From Octopus sinensis (taxonomy: Eukaryota), in the NCBI RefSeq assembly GCF_006345805.1, contig NC_042998.1, forward strand, positions 53,320,001 to 53,384,000: a stretch of 64,000 nt of DNA. Reading direction: 5' to 3'. Shown here piece after piece: positions 54,005 through 64,000 of the stretch; the stretch's first letter is position 1, and each line of letters starts with the position of its first letter. The notes under the pieces are model-generated. The model worked only from the letters and a program-made list of their open reading frames with translations. It searched no databases and was not told the DNA's origin. A program made the translations under genes and the position numbers.

Positions 54005-54287
54005 AAGAGAATGAGATGGCAAAAAAATAAACGATTATTTGATGAACTGCATTAGTTTATGACTGTTTCTATTATAAGATGCAGTGGATTCATATTTGAG
54101 TGTCTGAGTAACACCATATAGCTTCATCGGAGCCTCATATTCGAGGCTCCGATGAAGCTATAAGGTACTCAAATATAAGTACTATAAGACACTCAAATAT
54201 GAATCCACTGCATCTTATAGTAGAAACAGTTGTAAGCTAATGAAGTTGATGAGATAATCGCTTATTTCTTTGTCATCTCATTTTCTT
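54005..54287. repeat. Foldback palindrome, ~130-bp arms
   Basis: Centre TATAGCTTCATCGGAGCCTC-ATATTC-GAGGCTCCGATGAAGCTATA, with arms extending outward. Confidence 0.9.
54145..54238 (+). ncRNA. Hammerhead-like motif; degenerate mirror copy in the left arm
   Basis: GGCT-CCGATGA-A-GCTATAAG...CTTATAGT-A-GAAAC-AGTT-GTA-AGCT. Confidence 0.55.
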
Positions 54288-54949
54288 TCTTTTACACACA
54301 CCCACACACGCACACGCACACATATAAACACACATTCTCTCTCTCTCTTTCTTTCTTTCTTTCTCTCTCTCTCTTTCTTTCTTTCTTTCTCTCTCTCTCT
54401 TTCTTTCTTTCTTTCTCTCTCTCTCTCTCTCTCACATACACACACCTAGATAAATATACATATGTAGTTTATATGCAGTTATGCTTGACAACCGGTGTTG
54501 GTTTGTTTACTGCCTTGTTACACAGTGGTTCGGCAAAATGAGACCGATAGTATATGTATCAGACTTTAAAAATAAGTACTAGAACTGAATTGTTCGACTT
54601 AACGTTTCAAGACGTTACAAGAACCACTGTCCCATGGTGGAAGCAAGTAAAAGAATAACTAACTTTGATAACTTAGATATGTTTCGGCCAAAGATTGGCC
54701 CTGGCCACGTCTAACTTAACAGCACCACTTGACAGAATTTGCTAAGTCATTTTTAAGTCAAGTTTTGTGGTATCATGGCCCATTCAAGTAGAGAGTTGTA
54801 TCAAGGTTTAAATTGCTTATCTGGTATCTCTTGAAGAAATGTGCTCAGGTTTCGTTTCAAGGTGATAGGTGATGAAAGAATCAAACATTAAAATTTCTCC
54901 TTCTCGTTAATTTCGGATGAGATGTTCATATCTGCTGGCAGCCTCTATG

Positions 54950-55156
54950 ACTCTTTTACTTGTTTCAGTCATTTGACTGTGGCCATAGTGGAGCACCACC
55001 TTTAGTCGAGCAAATCGACCCATCACTTATTCTTTGTAAGCCTAGTACTTATTCTATCGGTCTCTTTTGCCGAACCGCTAAGTTACGGGGACGTAAACAC
55101 ACGAGCATCGGTTGTCAAGCGATGCTGGGGGGACAAACACAGACACACAAACGTAT

Positions 55157-55238
<82 letters not shown>

Positions 55239-55388
55239 CATATATACGACGGGCTTCTTTCAGTTTCCGTCTACCAAATCCACTCACAAGGCTATAGTAG
55301 AAGGCACTTCCCGAAGGTGCCACGCAGTGGGACTGAATCCCTAACCATGTGGTTCGTAAGCAAGCTACTTACGATACTCCTACGCCTG
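54950..55388 (-). mobile_element. SINE family 2
   Basis: Same consensus. Confidence 0.85.
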
Positions 55389-55429
55389 ACTGTTTATGTG
55401 TGAATGTAAATACATATATAAATATATAT

Positions 55430-55650
55430 ATTCAAATTGTGACCGCGTGTGTACCGTTGGCGATTTTTTTCCTCTATCTTCCCTTCTCTGGATCTTTCCT
55501 TCTCCTATGTTTCCGACGAAGAGCTCCGCTCGAAACGTTACACCCTCCTTCTTCCCTTTCTTCCTGAGCGTCCAATAATACTATATTCGTTCCATGTCCG
55601 CGCGTTGTTGTGTTTTCTCTTTGTGTTTTCATGTTTGGATTAACTATACA
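55430..55650 (+). mobile_element. Penelope-like terminal fragment with a hammerhead-like motif
   Basis: CCGACGA-A-GAGC-TCC-GCTC-GAAACGTTA at 55513-55540. Confidence 0.5.
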
Positions 55651-58600
55651 TATATACATTAGTTTCACAGTGGTCAGCAGAAAAGAATTTAAAAAGATAC
55701 CGACGAGAATGATGAAACTCGTAAATATGTAGTCTTTCAGATTGCTCTCTTTCTGTCCACGATGAAGCTGCATAAACATAACAGCCGTTTAAGGCCGCCC
55801 AGAATATATTTAATTGATTTTAATTAGTTTACACATGGAGTGGCGGTTAAAATCTTTTGGTTTGCCCCATAGTAAACTTTGTGTGCACGTGTGAATGTGT
55901 GTGTCTGTTTGAGGCCCTGGATACATCACATGAAAAAAATGTGTTGTAGGTTAGCCAAGGATTTGAAAAGTGGATAGCTATTTACATTTTCAAACAAAGA
56001 GAAACGTGTTCATACAAAGAATTCTGAAACGAGGAAGAACCAACAGGTTTCATTTTAATTATACTTTTTCAAAAGAGATCTTTTTGTTTTGGCAAGCATC
56101 GATTTGCTTGAAAATGTGAAAGCACCCATGTTCTTACACACACGGGCGCACGCATATAAAAGTATATGATTTGCACAATTCATACTATAAAAACGTGTAT
56201 GTGTGTACAGATACGTACATTCGCATACGCGAGTGTATAATTTACAAAATACATACAAGAAGGTGTGTGCATACACACACACATCTATATGCATATACGA
56301 CTGTGTAAAACATTATATATATATATGTGATATAGTTGTGTGGTAGTGTATTTAACAATCATCAGTCAATATTGTTAAAATTGAGAACTTATTCTCATCA
56401 GCGCATAATTGTGAGGAGAAGAAAAAACTCCAGTCTTAAACAATGACTAATAGAATAGAAAAAGAAGCAGCCTCGTTCTCACCCTAAACCACATTCATTT
56501 GTGTTATAGGAACCCCTCCCCAACATCCTTATTATCATTTTATCGTTATCTTTAAAGCCAACATTAGCATCGGCGTCAACAAAATCAATAGAAACAACTT
56601 GAAGAAAGCAAAATCTTGAAGACGGAATTTCTGCAACTACTTGATCCCATCTTTGACTTTATATCTTGTAAGGAAGTACTGTAGAGAGAATCGATTACTC
56701 AGTATGGTAGCTATGGTAACTATAGTGATATAGAGGGTTCTTGACAATTGATTCAGAACTAAAGTTTCAAAACCAGCAAACATTACGATCTTTCTTACTT
56801 AATTATTTTGCAGAGTTTAAACCGTTGGAGGCTACCACTTATGATTCCAAAATGTCTAGATTTTTCACTTGGGAAATTCTATGAGTATATTGTCCACTTT
56901 TAACTATCTGATAAGTTTATACAATGAAGGATGTGAAGAATACTTAGCGTGGCGCAATCTATTTAGTCTGGTAATACAGATCTTTAGTGGCAGATTATTT
57001 TACAAAACATCACGTTGGTGTTTTGCTCTAAGCCACCATCTTTGATTGAATAAATCTACCATCAGAGACGTTCCAGCTGCCAGAGCTATTTTTGCATATC
57101 TGAGACCATATTGCTTATTGCATCCTTCTGTTGTCAAGATGACAGAGAGTTATTTGATGGAGATTTTGCTGCTATTTCAGGTAGGTCGAGTGCTAACGTA
57201 GGGACTCTCACGATGTCTTGTAACAAGTCTAAATACAAGCAGTTGATTTATTTGTTATAATATTAAATTACTTAGTTCTACTCATAGAATTTCGAAGAAT
57301 TCGAATCGTAAAATTCTCTAGAGTACAATTTTTTCTAAAGTATTCCAATTCAAAGTTGTTAAAATGAACACCAGTAACTAAATCAACGGTGTTTGGTTCT
57401 GACCATTTGGTGTCGATTTTACTTGATAGAATTTGGGTTAATTGTTGTTTGACTCGACCTTTTTTATACACTTGTTTAGCTTCGGTTCAGTATTGATTGA
57501 GCTGCCCTTATGGTCAAATGTGTTCTAATCACTATTATCCCATTTTTTTGCGTATCCAAAACCACTACTTTTTCCGAACTATATTTTCTATTTTATAAAC
57601 AGTAGGCTGTAATTTGAACGAGATTTAGCTGTTTTTCCGGCAAGTTGAACAATCAAGGCTTTCTGGTTAACACGTCGAAGAAAATAGAACTTGGTATTTA
57701 TTTAATAGCTCCACATCTCCCCATCTATCCACCTACCGGAGACCCACATTGCATTTTAATTTTTACAAATGATAAATTCTGAAGAAGATTTGACAATAAC
57801 TCCTAATTTTTTAATCGAAATTATATACATCTTTTCTCCACCTTGCTATTACGTATTCTTTTTTTTTATTAAATCTTAAATAAATTTTGGAGTATATATT
57901 CACATTTTTCAAACTCATAATCGAAAGAAAAAATACTTGTTAAGTGTTGCAGAACATATATTTGTACAAGGCTGGGGATTTTTAATTAATGGGAATACTG
58001 ATTTATCAAACGTTTAACACAGATCTTTATTTAATACCTTTTCAGTGAAATATGGTTGGATATCGAATTCTTAAAAGAAAAAGACATCAAGATAGAAATC
58101 GTTATGTCATACGAATAAAAGTTACTTTCTGAGTTCAAATTTTGCCATGGTTCTCTTTGTCTTTCATCGATCCAAAATCGATAATATTAAGTACTAGTCA
58201 AGTAGTAGGGAAGTGTAATCGATTATACCCACCCCGCTGCTATGTTCGAAATATCTATTTCAAAAATATATGTACAGAAAAAACAAGAGAGAATGGAAGA
58301 AAAAAATAAGAATGTGATTCATTATAGAAAAATGTTAAGAGTAAGATAAACTAGCTCATCGACGAATAAACATGGAAGAAAAAAATTTGTATAACTGTAA
58401 TAAAGATAAAAGATGAAAGAACGGATTTCAGTAGATCTAAAGATTTATATTCATTCTGACTATACAGAGTGCAGAAGATAAAAATAGATTAAAGTAAAAG
58501 AGAACAGATAAAGATAGAAAGGGTAGTTAAGAGAAACAAAATATATGGTAAAAGGAAGAAAGTGATTTAAGAGGAAAATTGTTCTAGAACAACATAAATC

Positions 58601-59060
58601 TGGAATAGAAAAGATATACGTATATGCATATAGAAACTAATGAATTTTGAATTCTGCGACAGGAATAGAATTATATATATCTCAACAGGGTTGGATACTG
58701 AGAGAGCAAAAGAAAAACAAAAATATTTTTGTTTTAGATTAAATAAATTATCTCACATGAAAGATTAGTTCACAACATAACTTTCTGAAGTGATTTGTTT
58801 CTGAATTAATTCATTATTGAAAAATTCGACAGATTAAAAGCATGTATCGTATTCCATCTATCATCGGTAGATTGAAAAATGTTTTGCTATCAACAGCATG
58901 GAAATGATTGGCAAATTATGGCGAAAACGATATGCGAAGAAGTAGATTTTTAACTCTGAACAACAAGCAAAAGAACTGCTCCACTTCCAAGCCGAATGAC
59001 CACATTAATATGTAACTACTAATTTTCGACCATCTTTTCATTCGTTTGTCGTAACAATTT

Positions 59061-59584
59061 TGATCAGTATTTTTATCATGATCTTTTTAAGAACAGAATA
59101 TTCAACCATATTTCTCTGGGATTTCATTAAAGGCCTGTGTTTAAAGGTTGATAAACCAATATTTCAATTAATTTATAAAAAAAAAAGAGTATTTCATTCG
59201 ATTGAATTCATATGTTGTTTGAACTTATTGTATATACTAATGAACAGGACGGAGTTTAAACCAGGTGTCGTCTTAAACACTGAATAAGCAATTCGAATCT
59301 TAATATGTTGTGGTTTCGAAGTCACCAATGAGATAGAGAACCGCGTAAAACTGACGTGTAGCGCATACTGTCCTACCACTAAATATTTTCTACCGAAACT
59401 TTGCAGATATGTTTGGGAAGATAAATTAACAGTATCGTGAGGTTACTTGGGTTTCTCGTGTCGAGCTGGCTAATGATGGTTTATTTTAAACATCTGAGTT
59501 GCCATTCTGATCAGTATTTTTGTCATGACTATTATTCTTTAAGAACAGAATATTCAGCCATATTTCACTGAGATTTTATTAAAG
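59061..59584 (+). repeat. Dispersed ~75-bp direct repeat pair
   Basis: TGATCAGTATTTTT..TTTAAGAACAGAATATTCA..ATTAAAG at 59061 and 59508. Confidence 0.75.
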
Positions 59585-60089
59585 TACCATTATGGCAGTT
59601 GACTTACTTTCGTTTCCGATCGCATGTAGATCGCGAGGGTGTCACGTGTACAAACCCCAATTTCAACCTATCAAGGCTAATTGTTCACGTGATATTTTCG
59701 AGAAAGTTCTTTGAGCGACGGCATTATAAACAGCCATTTTTTGTGCGATTAAGCAAAGGGAATTCGGGTCCCTCGGTGAATTTCTCTCTCAAACCTGTTT
59801 ACACGGTTTCATACTCAAACCAGCGGGATTTTCTTAGTAACTATTTTCACAGCTCTATACCAACTCAGAGATGATGAAGAATCAACTCAATACGTTTTTG
59901 CAGCAATGAGAAAATCAGTTTAACCTTTAGTTATCTGTGAAGATTTTTTCAATTCTTGTAAATATAACTTGACACTGTCTGCCTTTCATGAAGCCTTGTA
60001 CTGGGTCATCTCATAAATAATGCGGTTATTCCAATTGCATGAACTAAAAGTCGAAGGGGGACGGGATAAACTACCTGCATCAAGTTCCA

Positions 60090-60260
60090 TATTTAAGAGA
60101 TGAGGAATAATGTACATTATTTACAATTGACGGATATTTGTCCTCATCTTGTTTGTTAACACAACTTTTCTGCTGATATACCCTCCAGCCTTCATCAGGT
60201 GTCTTGGGAAAATTTCGAACCTAGGTTCTCATTTCTAAGGTATTTTTCGATGTTGTTGAC
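60090..60260 (-). mobile_element. Penelope-like fragment with a degenerate hammerhead-like motif
   Basis: Minus strand CTGATGA-AGGCTG-GAGGGTATAT-CAGC-AGAAAAG at 60162-60199. Confidence 0.45.
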
Positions 60261-60269
60261 CTGAAGAAA

Positions 60270-60668
60270 ATTCTAACTGGGTCCCACATGCAAGGCCATG
60301 TGACGTTTGTATTGATGATATAAGATCGCCATGTTGTGCACATATGGTTGTGATGCATGTGCTTGGTGTACTCTTATCAGATGGGTGTATTGGGCTTCGT
60401 ATATTTGTACCCCAGCGTCACTTTGATGGTATGCCCTACTCTCACTCAATAAGAATAATAATGATAATAAACTATCAACTTGGCTCAAAAAGATTGGTAC
60501 AAATGTAAAGATAGAACACCTACAAAAATCAGCATTGCTTGGAACTGCAAGAATTCTTTGCAGGGTTCTTGAAGCACGAACAGTAAACAAGTGTCACCTT
60601 AGTCCGCTGGCTGTGGACAGCTGACACTTTTTCTCATCCTCATCAAAATAAGCTGAAAGTTTTAATCA

Positions 60669-60709
<41 letters not shown>

Positions 60710-60920
60710 TGATGATGATAATAATATCGGAATAGAATACCCAGTAAAACTGTTACAAAGGACTGCCTCCTTGGCATAGCCAGAGTAATCAGGAAAATAT
60801 TCAGAAGTTAAAAAGAACAGATAGCATGGTACTGTAGGCTGCAGGCAGCAAGCCCACTATGCATACAAGACCCCAGGACTTCCAACGAAACCTGAGTTAG
60901 AAAGAACAATAATAATAATA
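60270..60920 (+). mobile_element. Chain of R4/Dong-like non-LTR 3' ends, each ending in (TAA)n
   Basis: WLKKIGTNVKIEHLQKSALLGTARILCRVLE (60481-60575), a second frameshifted LLQRT../LGIARVIRKIF segment (60730-60805), and (TAA)n tails at about 60450, 60670 and 60907. Confidence 0.75.
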
Positions 60921-61324
60921 ATGAAAATCCTTTCTACTTTATGCGCAAGGCCAGATATTTTGGGGAGGTGGAACTGACAATTATCAACTCAGAAAAGATA
61001 AATGGCAAAATCGTCATTAACGGAATTGAAGCCCAGAATATTAAGTGTTGGAAAAAATGCTGCCAAAAATTTTGTCTGGCATGCTAACAATTCTGCCTGC
61101 TCACCAATAACAGTAATAACAATCCTTTCTATTGAAGGCACAAGGTCTGAAATTTTGGAGGAGGAGACTTTTCCAAGTCGACCCAAGTGTTTCACTGGTA
61201 CTTAATTTATTGACTCCAAAAGGAAGAAGGGCAAAGTCGACCTCGGTAGAATTTGAATAAAATGCCATTAAGCATTTTGCCCAGCATGCGAATGATTCCG
61301 TCAGTTCACCACTTTAATAATAAT

Positions 61325-61860
61325 AATGGCTTTGAATAGATACCAAAAAACAAAACATAAAAAAAGAATTGTAGACATAAGATTACTGCAACAATACACT
61401 GGAACTTTTGCAGGAAATTTGGTTTTGCATGTATGAAAAAAAATGCAATTTGCATTTTGTGATAACAGAAATGCAAGCCCTTGAAAACTCTAGACAGTGG
61501 CCATCGTATGTCTTTTCCATACAAAACAAGAGAAGAATTGAACACAAGAGACCGGATATTGCAGCCGTCAACCAGAAGAAGAAACTATGTTTTTAATTAA
61601 TGTCATGTGCCTGTTTAACACCAGTGTCAGAAGAAAGGGAAAATAAAAAGAGTTCTATGTTGACTTGAAGGATGAAGTCCTCAAGTGTTGGAGAAGTCAA
61701 CAAAGTCATGCTACTGCCGATTATTATTAGAGCCTTAGGGACAGTGAGAGAAAGTCAGGGAACAAAACTTAACAGACTTGATCTTAACCAAAAATAGATG
61801 CAAGGGAGAAAGCGCGTTTACTAGGTTCAGCAGCAAGTATTTAAAATGTTCTCAACACAA
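61325..61860 (+). mobile_element. R4/Dong-like restriction-like endonuclease domain remnant
   Basis: IEHKRPDIAAVNQKKKLCF (PD motif), then PIIIRALGTV and ARLLGSA, decayed. Confidence 0.75.
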
Positions 61861-61893
61861 TATAAAAACAGATATGAAGAGCACCATAAAAGT

Positions 61894-62358
61894 TTTAGCA
61901 AAACAACCAAAACGTAATCGAGCAAGACAAAAGAAAAAGCAATAAAAATATGAATTATTCGCATACATGTTTCACTATTAACATATTACGTAATTTTACT
62001 TACATAAATGTCCGTAGATCATCGGTGCGACCGTCCAGATCAATATAAGTTGCAGGACTGCATACTAAGACGTCTGTACAAAGTCAGATTTGTAAATAGT
62101 TCTGCCCATTACACTCGTGGTTACTATTTCAAACGAGGACATTTGGGTAGAACTATTTACAAATATGACTTTGTGCGGACGTCCTAGTATGCAGTCCTGC
62201 AAATTATATTCATCTGGACGGTCGCACCGATGATCTACGGACATTTATGTAAGTAAAATTACATAATATGTTAATAGTGAAACATGTATGCGAATAATTC
62301 ATATTTTTATTGCTTTTTCTTTTGTCTTGCTCGATTACGTTTTGGTTGTTTTGCTAAA
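61894..62358. repeat. Long foldback palindrome, ~215-bp arms
   Basis: TTTAGCAAAACAACC... pairs with ...GGTTGTTTTGCTAAA. The outer ~145 bp are nearly perfect. Confidence 0.95.
62222..62293 (+). ncRNA. Minimal type I hammerhead-ribozyme-like motif (Penelope type); mirror copy on the minus strand at 61959-62030
   Basis: TCGCA-CCGATGA-[stem II]-GAAAC-AT-GTA-TGCGA. Helix I is TCGCA/TGCGA, helix III is the palindrome ACATGT, and the triplet is GUA. Confidence 0.65.
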
Positions 62359-63248
62359 TTTTTCTTGAAAGCATATCTTAGAGGTAAGACCATAGCGGAT
62401 CTATTGCTAGCATAAGGGTGTCCACATAGTGGTTTCCCTCTAATATGTATATATATATATAAAAGAAACATTGGAATTAAAAAATCCTGGCAGATATCAA
62501 TAAAGCACTCAGTATTAAAAGAATTTGGTTATAAATGTTCAACAATTAAATACCGGTAAATATAAGAAGAATACATACATCCTAGGTAAATCCTCGTCCA
62601 AGGCATGTAAATCCAGATGTCCTTTCACAGAATTTTGAGAAAGTCGGAAAATTTAACAACAAAAAGTACATCAGAGAAAATTAAATCTTTATTATAGATC
62701 TCATTTTATAAAGCCAACAATTGTTTTTATTGCATTGACATATATATATATAATTAGAAACATTGCATTTCTAAATCTCTCAGAGATACTTATACAGTAG
62801 CAACATAATAAAGTGATGGTTTGTTACCAACTTAATGTGGCAGTCCCAGGAAAGAGCAGAATGCTACTGCTATTTAGCCCCAAGGAACATCGTTTCCAGT
62901 TGGCTATGCGACACAAGAGTTCTGTGTCCTTAAGTTTTCAAACAGGGGAGATAAGCATCTCCACCCAGCAAAATTATCAAACATAAGTACTAATGAGAGT
63001 TGTAATAATGAATTAAAAGTAATAATTCTTCCTACTCTGGGAACAAAGATATAAATTTTTGAAAGGAAGGAAATAGTTGACCATTAGTTATTTTTATTGA
63101 CCCCAGTAATTCCCTAGTGCTTATTTCTATCAACCTTGAAAGGATGAATGATGAAGCCAACTTTGGACTCAGAATGCAAAAACCTGGAGGAAATATCATT
63201 CAGATTTTGTCTGACATACTAATAACTCTGCCAGTGCACCATCTTTAA

Positions 63249-63495
63249 TCCTTTAGCATTTAAACCGGCCATATCTGGCTGGTTTAAATTCTACTTGCTT
63301 TATGTTCAAAATAATCCACTTGCTTTATCTTCAAACTGACCATATCTGGCCTCTCATACCTATCCTAAAATGTCATTTTAAACATAAACAATCATGTCAT
63401 TGAAATCTCAAGGCTACAAGATAAAGCATGCTTAATTCAAAACAATGTCAATAAATAAGCATTACGTTTGACAGAGTAATCGGAACACTAAAGAG
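63249..63495. mobile_element. piggyBac-like MITE
   Basis: TTAA|TCCTTTAG...CTAAAGAG|TTAA. Confidence 0.7.
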
Positions 63496-64000
63496 TTAAA
63501 ATGAAATGTCATGATAAAATAATTAAAAAATAATGGTTACAAAAAGAAACTGACAGGCTAATTAATGAATCTGCTAACTCACAGCCTTTAAAATAAGAGT
63601 GATAATAAAATAATAAAAATAATGATTCAAAACACTGATAATTAGCATAAATACTTGTAAAAACTAATAATGATAATAACAATAATATTGTTATTAACAA
63701 TGGTTTATGCTAAACATTTATCTGTTCAATTAACTCCGGATAAATAACAGGCAGAATCACAAATCAGAGGATTTTAATTCAGAATGAGTCACATACAGTA
63801 TTAAATAATCCATAATCTGAATGAAATCCATCACTCAACAACTTGGCTGTTACAAATAATACTGACAGATTCTATCAGAAATGGAAATGAAGTAATTCAG
63901 ATGTAAAATCACATACTAGATAAATGCTGAGTATCATATTGTACAACTGACTGAAACAGATTTATGCTTATTATAATTCTGGTTGCTGGGTCAGTTGTAT

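Noticed and set aside
55700-55730. CCGACGAG..GAAACTCGTA as another hammerhead
   Set aside because: It has no convincing stem II or helix I.

Overview
AT-rich, repeat-dense eukaryotic DNA. The SINE and microsatellite content suggests a cephalopod (Octopus-like) genome; that assignment is inference. I found no convincing host protein-coding gene. The main feature is a very young, full-length Ty3/gypsy LTR retrotransposon (31318-36620) with 4-bp AATC TSDs, a tRNA-Trp-type PBS and a PPT. Its frameshifts look like long-read indel errors. The rest is transposon-derived: a related solo LTR and an old gypsy pol relic, LINE fragments (CR1/L2, RTE, R4/Dong-like), several non-autonomous Helitrons, DNA transposon derivatives (Tc4-like, mariner, pogo, hAT, piggyBac-like), three or more SINE families and many microsatellites. 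The most unusual signal is a set of long foldback palindromes. Two of them (54005-54287 and 61894-62358) carry a Penelope-type minimal hammerhead-ribozyme motif in each arm, with a variant CCGAUGA core. All coordinates were read by eye and repeat boundaries are approximate.
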